Source: Planctomycetota bacterium (GTDB lineage Bacteria > Planctomycetota > PLA2 > JAEUHO01). From it: a stretch of DNA of 20,091 nt. How positions within the stretch are numbered: position 1 is the stretch's first letter; the number at the start of each line of letters is the position of its first letter. Below, one piece after another: positions 7,790 to 18,350 of this stretch. Under the pieces are notes generated by a model. That model searched no databases and had not been told where the DNA came from. It worked only from the letters and a program-made list of their open reading frames with translations. The stretch covers positions 1 through 20,091 of the forward strand of contig CBDCWP010000016.1 of assembly GCA_965223505.1 (NCBI GenBank), in the 5' to 3' direction. The position numbers and the translations under genes are program-made.

Positions 7790-9148
7790 TCACATCTCGG
7801 CGAGCTTGGCCTTCGCTTCGTTGACCAGGCTCGGCAGGCCGTACGTGTCGATCATGTTGTTCAGCGCCCGGCGCGCCTTGCGCTTGTCGCCGCCGCTCAT
7901 CAAGCGCTCCGCCTCCTCCATGTCGAGGTCGAACGCCCGCCGCGCCTGCTCCTTGATATTCGCGATGCGGGCGTCCACCAGGCGGCGAAGCTCCTGCGCG
8001 CGGTCGCGCGAGATCATCAGTCCCTGTACGTCACGTACGTTCTCGAGTCGCTTGACGGCGTCTCCGAAACGCTTGACGAGAAGGTCGTTCTGCAGGTCGA
8101 GCGAGATGCGCTTGAGGATGTCCCGGGGACTGGCCGTGTCCTTCGCATGCTCGCGCATGATCTTGCGGAAGTGCTTGTACGGCTCGTAGTCCGCGTGCAG
8201 AAGCAGCGCCGCCGTCGACGTGTCGCCGTAGGTGAGCAGGAACTGACGCATCACCTCGGCGGCCTCGCTGTCGAGCCGCGACCCTTGCGGTTTCAGCACG
8301 GGCGAGTGCGTGCGCCGGATGACCTCGTGCTCGAAGTAGAGCCGCGCCTCTTCGTTGCGCTTGCGCATCGGCTCCTGTTCGAGCATCTCCTCCCACTTCG
8401 CGATGTCGTCACGAATGCGGTCGTAATGGACCTCGTCCGAGCGCCCGTGCTTCCTGGCGTACTTGATCGCCTTGTCGTACTCCATGTTCAGCGCGTACGC
8501 GTTGGCCTTCTTCTCGACCTCCTGGTTGTGCGTCAGGCCGCTCCCGCTGTCCATGAGGAAGAACATCAGCGCGAGGAACGCCAACGCGCCGATTCCGCCC
8601 AGCACGACGATCGTCGCGTTGCTGCTGCTTCGCCGCCGCGGCAAACGCTCGCCCTCGGAGTCGTCGTAGTCGTCGTAGTCGTCGGCACGGCGGCGGCTCC
8701 GGGCGCCCGGGGCGCGCGCGGGCGCAGCGGGCGTGGGCGTGAACGCGGGCGCCGCGGCCGGGGCCGGAGCGGGAGTGCGTGCGGGCGCCTGCGGCGTGCG
8801 CGCGACGACCGGCGCCACCGCGGCTTGCGGCGCGGCACCCGGCGCACCGTCGGGCGCACCCTCGCCGGCGTAGCGCATCGCCGCGTCGCCGATGGCAATG
8901 GTGTCGCCGTCCGTGAGCCAGTGCTGGTTCCTGAACTCGCCGTTGACGCGCGTGCCGTTCTTCGACTCGAGGTCGACGACCTTCCAGTGCCCTTCGATCT
9001 TGCGGATGGCGGCGTGCATCTTGCTCGCGTGCGAATCGTGCACCTGCACTGCGTTCGCAGCGCCGCGGCCGATCGACACGTCGGGTTGGTCGTCGAAGAT
9101 CTCGTAGACGGTCTCGGCGTGGTCTTCAGCGATGTACAGCTTCGGCAC
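7790..9148 (-). CDS. Membrane-anchored FHA-domain protein (FHA, Pro/Ala linker, TM, helical extracytoplasmic domain)
   Basis: FHA motifs IGRG...ASKMHA...DLESKNGTRVNG; PA-rich linker; TM IVVLGGIGALAFLALMFFLM; helical C-terminus. GTG start with GGAGG 5 nt upstream. Confidence 0.88.
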   Translation of the reverse strand: MPKLYIAEDHAETVYEIFDDQPDVSIGRGAANAVQVHDSHASKMHAAIRKIEGHWKVVDLESKNGTRVNGEFRNQHWLTDGDTIAIGDAAMRYAGEGAPDGAPGAAPQAAVAPVVARTPQAPARTPAPAPAAAPAFTPTPAAPARAPGARSRRRADDYDDYDDSEGERLPRRRSSSNATIVVLGGIGALAFLALMFFLMDSGSGLTHNQEVEKKANAYALNMEYDKAIKYARKHGRSDEVHYDRIRDDIAKWEEMLEQEPMRKRNEEARLYFEHEVIRRTHSPVLKPQGSRLDSEAAEVMRQFLLTYGDTSTAALLLHADYEPYKHFRKIMREHAKDTASPRDILKRISLDLQNDLLVKRFGDAVKRLENVRDVQGLMISRDRAQELRRLVDARIANIKEQARRAFDLDMEEAERLMSGGDKRKARRALNNMIDTYGLPSLVNEAKAKLAEM

Positions 9149-9200
9149 GGCGGCCTCCGTTCCGGGTCAAGAAACCGAATCGTACGTCAAACGAGGCCTT

Positions 9201-12200
9201 CTACCGACCGGCCGCACCGCCGCGATTGCCGCGGCCCTGCGGCGTGCCGATCTCGACGGTGGGCTCGACCTGCGCGCGCGCGCCGCCGCCCATGCCGAAG
9301 TTCTGGGTCCACATGCGACCGGACTGCCCGGACCCCAGATCCGTCCAGCCACCGAGGATGTTGCGGTGGTGACCGCTCGAGTGGCACCAGCGATCGTGCG
9401 CGCCCTTCGGCGACGTCGCACCGGAGCAGATGTTCTCGGACGCGCCCCAGCCCTGATACCCCGCTTTCTTCATGCGGTCGAAGGGCGAAGTCGGGCCGGC
9501 GCCGGTCGCCGGGTTCGGCGGCGCGTGGTGGCTGAAGAACCCGCGCGTCGACATGTCCAGGCTGTGTGCGCGTGCGGCGTCGGTGAGCCGGTTGTCGACG
9601 CGCACGGCACGCAGCGGCCGGAAGCGTCCGTGCTGCCCCTGATCGAGGATCTCGACCACGTTCGTCTTGTCGATCGAGTCGTAAGGCGCGCCGCCGGGCG
9701 TGACGTTGGTGAGGTACCCCATCATCATCCGGTACTCGTTCGTCACTTCCACCTGCTTGCGCTCGGTGCCGCTCGCGAACTCGGTGCGCGCCGGGTTGTA
9801 CTCGTTCATCACCCAGCGGTTGTATTCGAAGCGCTTCTTCTCGGTCGCATCGAGATAGAACTCGCGCACCGTCATGGCCTCTTCGCCGATGTACATCGAG
9901 TAGGGCGCCATCTTCTGCTCGAGCGAGCGCACGTCCTCGCCCTTCGCCTTCAGCTTCTGGAGGACGTCCTCGAACTCGTCGAGGCGCTTCTCGAGCTGCC
10001 CGGTGCGCGTGACCTTGGCCCGATACGGGTCGTCCCAGACTTCGCGCACGAGCGCGACGCGGCGGTCGATCTCGTTCTGCACCGCGTTGTAGGCCTGGCT
10101 GCCCTTGTTGTACGGGTACGGATAGTGCTTCTCGTTGAAGATGGCGAGCAGCGCGTACTTGCGCCGGTTGTCCAGTTCCGTGCGCAGCGCCTTGAGCTTC
10201 TCGAGCTTCTTGAGCGCCGGCGTCTTGTTCGCGACGAGGGTCACGAGCTCGGCGCCGCGCGTCCGCCAGGCCGCGACCTGCTCGATGTCGAGCTGTCGCT
10301 GGTACTGCTGCGTGTCCAGCAGGTCGCCCTTGTGCAGCCGGTAGCCGCCCTGCGGCGTCTCGGCGCGACCGTACAGTCGCCGCGCCACCAGCGCGTGGAC
10401 CGCCGCCAGGTCCTTGCCCTTTTCGTAGAGCGGCGTCACGGCCTCGATGAACGCCTCGCGGTCGCGCAGGTCCGCCGCGAGGACGGCCGTGGCCATGCTC
10501 TGATCGCGGCTCGGCTTGGTCGGCTTGAGCAGCGCCAATACGTCCGCGGGCTCCGCGTCGGCCCAGGTCATCTCGCGCGTGCGATCGCCCTTCAGGAGCA
10601 ACGTGACGCCTTCGGGCGTCGCCGCCGTCACGGTCGCGCGACCGAACGAGAGCTTGCGCTTCGGCTGCCGATCCGACGCGGCCTTCCCGCCGAGGACCTC
10701 GACGAGACTCAAGATGCGATCGACGTCCGCGAGACGACGGCTCCACTCGGCGCGTAGGCGGCCGGCCTCGACGGCGCCGACCAGCTCGGCCAAGATGCGC
10801 CGGCCCTCGACCCAGTTGCGGCCGGTGAGCAGACTCTCCGCGCGAACGGCCGTGGCCAGCTGATCCTCGGTCACGCCGGGCGGCGTCGGGTCGTCCATGT
10901 CGGGCGCGGACGGGTCGCTCGGCGAGCTCGCCGGCGCGTCGATGTCGCCGATCGCCGGCAGATCGTCTTCCCGCAGCTTCTTCGCGACCTGCGCTCCGAA
11001 CGGCGTGCCTGCCACGCGCGGCCACAGCTTGGCGAGCAGCTCGCGACTGCGCGCCTTGTCCTTCGACATGAGCGCGGCCTTCCAGCTGTTGTCGAAGATG
11101 ATCTGCAGGTCCGTCTCGGCGCGCTTCTGCAAGGCGTCGATGCGGTCGAGGGTCTTCGACGTCAGCCCGGGGTTCGCCATGCGGTAGGAACCGAGCAGGC
11201 GCAACGCGCGCGCCGGGTCCTTCGCCGTCAGCGCGGCCTCGACCAGATTAGCGACGAGCTCGATCTCTTCCTGGTCGCGAAGCTCGCGGCGCTCGTCGAG
11301 CGCACGCAGCTTGCGGTGCACGCGTGCCGCGAACGCCTCGTCGCCGGGCATGCGCGCGAGCAGGCCCTGGAAGCCGGCCCGGATCTCCGACGCCGGCAGC
11401 TTGTCGGACCAGCTCACCAGCCGGTTGAACTCCTCGTCGACGAGCGTGCGGTTGTCGTCGCGTTGCTTCGCGTAGCGCAGATACGGATCGAAGCGATCGA
11501 CGTTGGGGCTGTCGGGGAAGCGGACGGCGTAGTCGTCGACCGCGTCGGAGAACTGGTCGTACGACATCTTCTCGAGGTCTTGCAGCAGGAGCATCATCTC
11601 CTTCTGCGCGATTGCGTCGTTGCCGCTCTTCTCCGCCTTCGCACCGAGGAAGACCTCGACGCCGATCAGGGCGATCACGGCGATCGCGAGGAAGAGCAGC
11701 GCGCCGGGGATTCCCTCCTGGCGACGGCGCCCGCCGCCGCCGTTGCTCGGAGGCGCGTCGGCGATGTCACGGACGGCGACCGGCTCGGGCGCGGCCGGTT
11801 CCGGCTCCGGGGCCGTCGTGCTCGCTTGCGGGGTCGCGAGCTTGAGCGAGCCGCCGAGAACGACCGCGGGCGCCGCATCGTCGGGGGGCGGCGGGGCCGC
11901 GGGCGCGGGTGTGTCGACGAAGGTGAGCGTCGTGTCGCCGATCCTCAGCTCGTCTCCGTCGACGAGCAGCCGGCGGGAGATGCGCTGATCGCCGAGCCAG
12001 GTCCCGTTGGCGGATCCCAGCTCCTCGGCAACGAACCCAATGGCGCCCGTCCTCTGGAGCTGCACGGCGCGCAGTCGCAGGTGCTTGCGAGACGCCTTGA
12101 GCTCGGGAATGAACGTCTCGCAGTCCTCACCGCGGCCCACCGTGTGGGGCTTGTCGGCCAGCGCGGGCGTCAGCTCGACACGAATGTCCGGTTGGTCGGG

Positions 12201-12224
12201 GCTGCGGATGATGAGCTCGGCCAT
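9201..12224 (-). CDS. Membrane-anchored FHA protein with C-terminal CAP (SCP/PR-1) domain
   Basis: FHA motifs VGRG...ASRKH...LGSANGTW; TM ALLFLAIAVIALIGVEVFLG; long helical region; CAP motifs TNEYRM...LTDAARAHSLDMSTRGFFSH...SPFDRM..AGY...SENI...WCHSSGHHRNIL...WTQNFG. AGGAGG SD at 12240-12235. Confidence 0.9.
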   Translation of the reverse strand: MAELIIRSPDQPDIRVELTPALADKPHTVGRGEDCETFIPELKASRKHLRLRAVQLQRTGAIGFVAEELGSANGTWLGDQRISRRLLVDGDELRIGDTTLTFVDTPAPAAPPPPDDAAPAVVLGGSLKLATPQASTTAPEPEPAAPEPVAVRDIADAPPSNGGGGRRRQEGIPGALLFLAIAVIALIGVEVFLGAKAEKSGNDAIAQKEMMLLLQDLEKMSYDQFSDAVDDYAVRFPDSPNVDRFDPYLRYAKQRDDNRTLVDEEFNRLVSWSDKLPASEIRAGFQGLLARMPGDEAFAARVHRKLRALDERRELRDQEEIELVANLVEAALTAKDPARALRLLGSYRMANPGLTSKTLDRIDALQKRAETDLQIIFDNSWKAALMSKDKARSRELLAKLWPRVAGTPFGAQVAKKLREDDLPAIGDIDAPASSPSDPSAPDMDDPTPPGVTEDQLATAVRAESLLTGRNWVEGRRILAELVGAVEAGRLRAEWSRRLADVDRILSLVEVLGGKAASDRQPKRKLSFGRATVTAATPEGVTLLLKGDRTREMTWADAEPADVLALLKPTKPSRDQSMATAVLAADLRDREAFIEAVTPLYEKGKDLAAVHALVARRLYGRAETPQGGYRLHKGDLLDTQQYQRQLDIEQVAAWRTRGAELVTLVANKTPALKKLEKLKALRTELDNRRKYALLAIFNEKHYPYPYNKGSQAYNAVQNEIDRRVALVREVWDDPYRAKVTRTGQLEKRLDEFEDVLQKLKAKGEDVRSLEQKMAPYSMYIGEEAMTVREFYLDATEKKRFEYNRWVMNEYNPARTEFASGTERKQVEVTNEYRMMMGYLTNVTPGGAPYDSIDKTNVVEILDQGQHGRFRPLRAVRVDNRLTDAARAHSLDMSTRGFFSHHAPPNPATGAGPTSPFDRMKKAGYQGWGASENICSGATSPKGAHDRWCHSSGHHRNILGGWTDLGSGQSGRMWTQNFGMGGGARAQVEPTVEIGTPQGRGNRGGAAGR

Positions 12225-12256
12225 GGGTTCGGCGCCTCCTCGTGCCCTTGCTGCAC

Positions 12257-12272
12257 ATCAACTCGCGTGCCG
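12257..12272 (-). promoter_or_regulatory. Candidate sigma-54 (-24/-12) promoter for the FHA-CAP gene
   Basis: Minus strand reads CGGCACGCGAGTTGAT against consensus TGGCACGNNNNTTGCW: exact spacing, with C->A at -12. Predicted +1 is about 12246, just ahead of the SD. Confidence 0.6.
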
Positions 12273-12371
12273 CGCCCCGCCGGGCGTGGTGCCCGAGACG
12301 TCGTCACAAGCCCTTGCGGAGACGGCACTTCCGAGGTCGGCAATTCGGCCACGGATGGCGAATCCGCGGAG

Positions 12372-12388
12372 TGCAAAGCGGGCTTGCA
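12372..12388. promoter_or_regulatory. Candidate enhancer (UAS) palindrome for a bEBP
   Basis: TGCAA-AGCGGGC-TTGCA, a 17-bp TGCA-N9-TGCA dyad with the same geometry as NtrC sites, at about -126 to -142 from the predicted sigma-54 TSS. Confidence 0.35.
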
Positions 12389-12419
12389 GGCGTTCGGTTC
12401 GATCCATCCCGGCGCCCTG

Positions 12420-14491
<2,072 letters not shown>

Positions 14492-14495
<4 letters not shown>

Positions 14496-16681
14496 CGGAT
14501 CTTCTCCAATCGCGCATGGCGCAGCAGCAGCTGCTTGCGCCCGAACGCATCGAAATCGACAGTGACGCGGGCATCCGCGCCGCTGCCCTGGCTGTCCCGT
14601 AGCCAGCCCTCGCCGAAGTACGGGTGCAGGACGCGCTCGCCGGCCGCGAACGCCGCTCCTACCTCCCGGACGACGGACGCACCTGCGCCACCACCGCCGC
14701 CGCCGTCGTCGGTGTACATGTCGTCGTATGCCGGCTGCGTCCGCTGCGGGACGTAGCCGGCCTGACCAAAGTGCCGGACGTCCAGCAGCTCGTCGGGGAT
14801 GTCCCTCAGATACGGGCTGGGCGAGCGGCGCTCTTCTCCCATGTACGTGGTGCGTCGCCCGGCGTGGCTGATGACGAGGTCCTCCATCGCGCGGGTCATG
14901 CCGACGTAGAAGAGCCTGCGCTCCTCCTCCATGGAAACGTCGTCGTCGAGGTTGCGGCCGTGGGGAAAGAGTCCCAGCTCCGCGCCCGAGATCAGCACAC
15001 AGGGGAACTCCATGCCCTTGGCGGCGTGCACGCTCATGAGGCTGACGCGGCCCGATCCCTCGTCGTAGGCGTCCTGGTCGGTGACGAGCGCCGCGCGCTC
15101 GAGGAACGCGCGCAGGTCGCCCTCGGGCTCGTCCCGGTCGAAATCGCGCGCGAACGCGATCAGCTCACGGACGTTCTCGACGCGGCTGCGGTCGAGCTCG
15201 TCGGGACTGTCCTCCAGCGCGGCGAGATAGCCGGTCTGGGTCGCCAGAGCGTCGAGGATCGGCGCGACCGGCGAGCGCGGCATGGTCTCGATCTCGCGCA
15301 TCGCACCGAGCAGCTTGCGCAGACCGTTGCGCGCGCGCGCCGACACGCCGGTGTCGTCGCGTGCTGCGGCATCGAGGCACGAGATCGAGCGGCTGAGCGC
15401 GGCGTTGCGCAGCTTGTTCAGGCTCGCTTGCCCGACGCCGCGCTTCGGCACGTTCGCAATGCGGAGGAACGCCGCTTCGTCGCGCGGGTTCTCGACGAGC
15501 CGCGCGTAGCACAGCACGTCCTTGACCTCCTTGCGCTGGAAGAACTCGATGCCGGCGACGACGACGTACGGGATCGAACGGGCGCGGAGCGCGAGCTCCA
15601 ACCCCCGGGAGTGCGAGTTCACACGGTAGAACACCGCGATGTCGCTCAGAGCGCGGCCGTCGGCCCGCCACCCCTCGATCGCCTCGGCGACGGCCTTGGC
15701 TTCGTCTTCGCCACTGAAGCAGTGGATCTCGCGGATGCGCGCGCCTTCGTCGTTGCGGGTGTACAGGCGCTTCTCGTGCCGTCCGACGTTGCGTTCGATC
15801 ACGTGTTCGGCGGCGTCCAGGATCCGGCCGGTCGAGCGATAGTTCTGCTCGAGGAGGATCGTCGTGGCGTCCGGAAAGTCGTCCCCGAAGTTGAGGATGT
15901 TCGTGACCGCCGCGCCGCGCCAACGGTAGATGCTCTGGTCCGGATCGCCGACGACGGTGAGGTTGTGCGACGGTCCGAGCAACGCGAGCAACAAGTCGCG
16001 CTGGACGAGGTTCGTGTCCTGGAACTCGTCGACGAGCACGTGCGCGAAGCGGTCCTGGTACAGCCGCGCGACGCCTTCGTCTTCGCGCAGCAATCGGGCG
16101 GACTCGACGAGCAGGTCGTCGAAGTCCATCAGCGACGCGGCGCGCAACCGCTCGTGATAGGCCGCGAACAGCTTGTCGAAGGCGCCCTCGGCGCCGAGCG
16201 CGCGTACGTCCAGCGGGGCCTTGCCGCCGCCTCCGTTCTTGATGTGCGAGATCAGCGCGTTGGCGTCGACCGGGCGAAGTCCGGCGCTCTTCAAGCCGAG
16301 GTCGTTGATCAGCGACTTCAACAGCCGCAGCTGATCGTCGCGATCGGCGATCGTGAAACGCGGGTCCAGGCCGATCGCCGCCGCGTGCCGGCGCAGCAGG
16401 AACGCGCCGAAGCCGTGAAACGTGCCCGCCCACACGTCGCCGGCGCGCGGGAGGTCCGCAAGCCGCTCCTTCAACACGCCGGCTGCCTTGTTGGTGAACG
16501 TGATCGCGAGCAACGACGCCGCGGGATATCCGCCGGCGAGCAGCCATCCCACGCGGCGGGTCAGCACGCGGGTCTTGCCGGTTCCGGCGCCGGCCACGAC
16601 GAGCAACGCCCCGCCGGAATGGGTCACCGCCTCGCGCTGGGCCGGGTTGAGATCCGCCAGCAGGTCCTCACGCCCGGACAT
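14492..16681 (-). CDS. pcrA: ATP-dependent DNA helicase PcrA/UvrD (SF1A)
   Basis: LNPAQREAV, AGAGTGKT, ITFTNKAA, VDEFQDTN, VGDPDQSIYRWRGA, LEQNYRS, SVHAAKGMEF, EEERRLFYVGMTRA and a C-terminal Tudor-like domain (GERVLHPYFGEG...VDF...G.KQL). Start is uncertain (ATG 16681; alternatives 16717 and 16723). Confidence 0.95.
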
Positions 16682-16727
16682 GGAGGACGAGGGCGAGTTG
16701 TAAGGCACAGGGACCATTTCCACGCGG

Positions 16728-16733
16728 ATTGTA
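16728..16733 (-). promoter_or_regulatory. Candidate sigma-70 -10 element for pcrA-bEBP
   Basis: TACAAT in a locally AT-rich patch (TTTTACAAT) just upstream of the helicase start region. Confidence 0.45.
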
Positions 16734-16832
16734 AAACGGACCTACACTCGGGTCCCCCCTCCGCACGGCCCGGGAGCCCCTGAAAAAGGGGGCGAAACGG
16801 GGGGCGGAGGGCATCTGCGCCCGTGCCGGAAG

Positions 16833-16860
16833 TTGCGTCGGGCGGCGAGTGATCTACGCT
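16833..16860 (+). promoter_or_regulatory. Candidate sigma-70 promoter of rpmB
   Basis: TTGCGT-N16-TACGCT, about 40 nt upstream of the ATG; AAGGAG SD at 16887-16892. Confidence 0.4.
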
Positions 16861-16899
16861 CCCCGGTTCAACGGCGCATCCGGCGCAAGGAGCAAGGTC

Positions 16900-17157
16900 A
16901 TGGCCCGCGTATGTCAATTCAGCGGCAAGAAGACGAAGTCCGGCCGCACGTACACGACCCGTGGTCTCGCGAAGGCGAAGGGCGGAATCGGCAAGAAGAC
17001 GACCGGCAAGACGCTGCGCACCTTCAAGCCGAACATCCAGCGCGTGCGCGCGGTCGTCAACGGCCGCGTGATGCGCGTGAAGGTGACCGCGAAGCTGCTG
17101 CGCCGCGGGCTCATCACGAAGCCGACGAAGCGCAACTGGTCGCCTGAGTCCGAGTAG
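16900..17157 (+). CDS. rpmB: 50S ribosomal protein L28
   Basis: MARVCQFSGKK...TTRGLAKAKGGIGKKTTGKTLRTFKPNIQ...RVKVTAKLLR, the L28 pattern with the RG.AK..GG.G insertion typical of PVC bacteria; good SD. Confidence 0.96.
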   Translation: MARVCQFSGKKTKSGRTYTTRGLAKAKGGIGKKTTGKTLRTFKPNIQRVRAVVNGRVMRVKVTAKLLRRGLITKPTKRNWSPESE

Positions 17158-17170
17158 CCGCGCGCGACGC

Positions 17171-18337
17171 TCAGCGACGGCGACGACGTCTGCGACGCAC
17201 CGGCGGCGCTACGCCGGGTTGCGGTGCGCTCTTCGATGACGTGTCCGGCGCCGAAGGCTGCGCCGGCGCGGCGGGTGTTCGCGCCCCGACCGCACCCAGT
17301 CCCGTGCCGGTGACACCGCGCTGTTGCTGCAGCTCGCGCACGCGCACTTCGAGCGTGCCGACGAGCTCCTTCGCCGTCGCGATGCGGTCGGTGCGGTCCT
17401 TCGCCATGAGGCGCTGAATCAGTGTCGTCGTTTCCGCGCTCACCTGCGGATCGAGATTGCTTGCCGCCGGCGCGGGCTCGGTGAGGTGCTTGGCCATCAC
17501 GGCCGCTGCGTCGTTGCCTTCGAACGGCGGATGTCCGGTCACCATGTGGAACAACGTCGCGCCGAGGCTGTAGAGATCCGTGCGTTCGTCCGTGGACGCG
17601 TCGCCGCGGGCGAGCTCGGGGCTCATGTAGGCGGGTGTCCCCATGCGGGCGGCTTCGCCCTCGGCGGACTCGAGCCTGGCGAGGCCGAGATCGCACAGCT
17701 TCGCGACGCCGTCCTTGGTGATGATGATGTTGTCCGGCTTGACGTCCCGATGGACGAGGTTGTTGCGGTGCGCGTGGTCGAGCGCGCGCGCCATCTGCAT
17801 GACGATCATGAGCGCCCGCTCTTCGTCCATCGCGCCGCCGCGGCGAAGCAGCGAGGCCACCGTCATGCCGTCCGCGTACTCCATGACGAGGTACTTGATC
17901 CCGTCGGCGTCGCCGACGTCGATGCCGCTGATGATGTTGGTGTGGTTGAGGCGCGCGACGGCGCGGGCCTCGGTCATGAAGCGGCCGACGTACGACTCGT
18001 CGTTCGCGAGATCAGGCGAGAGCACCTTGATCGCGACGTCGCGGTCGAGGGAGAGCTGGCGCGCCTTGTAGACCGAGCCCATCGCGCCTTCGCCGAGCAG
18101 CTCCAGCAACCGGTAGCCGGCGATCTGTTCCTGCCCCTGGAACTTGCGCTCCTCGCGACGCAGCGCCTCGAAGTCCTCGCGCTCGATGTGGCCTTTCTCG
18201 AACAGCACCTCTGCGATCGACCGGGGCTGCATCCCCATCTCGAGCATGCGTTCACGAATGTGAATCGCGTCGTCGATCTGCGCCTGGGTGGCGATGCCCT
18301 TCTCCAGGATGCGCTGTGTGGCCAGTGCGTCGTCCAA
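17171..18337 (-). CDS. Hanks-type Ser/Thr protein kinase, soluble
   Basis: LGEGAMGSVY, VAIKVL, RFMTEARAVARLNH, HRDVKPDNI, DLGLA, GTPAYMSPE, DLYSLG; no TM. Start placed at TTG 18337 behind GAGGAGGA (18349-18342), 13 nt after the ybeY stop. Confidence 0.95.
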   Translation of the reverse strand: MDDALATQRILEKGIATQAQIDDAIHIRERMLEMGMQPRSIAEVLFEKGHIEREDFEALRREERKFQGQEQIAGYRLLELLGEGAMGSVYKARQLSLDRDVAIKVLSPDLANDESYVGRFMTEARAVARLNHTNIISGIDVGDADGIKYLVMEYADGMTVASLLRRGGAMDEERALMIVMQMARALDHAHRNNLVHRDVKPDNIIITKDGVAKLCDLGLARLESAEGEAARMGTPAYMSPELARGDASTDERTDLYSLGATLFHMVTGHPPFEGNDAAAVMAKHLTEPAPAASNLDPQVSAETTTLIQRLMAKDRTDRIATAKELVGTLEVRVRELQQQRGVTGTGLGAVGARTPAAPAQPSAPDTSSKSAPQPGVAPPVRRRRRRRR

Positions 18338-18350
18338 TCGTTCCTCCTCG

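Noticed and set aside
17158..17170. Intrinsic terminator between convergent rpmB and the kinase
   Set aside because: The gap is only 13 nt, with no hairpin plus U-tract visible.
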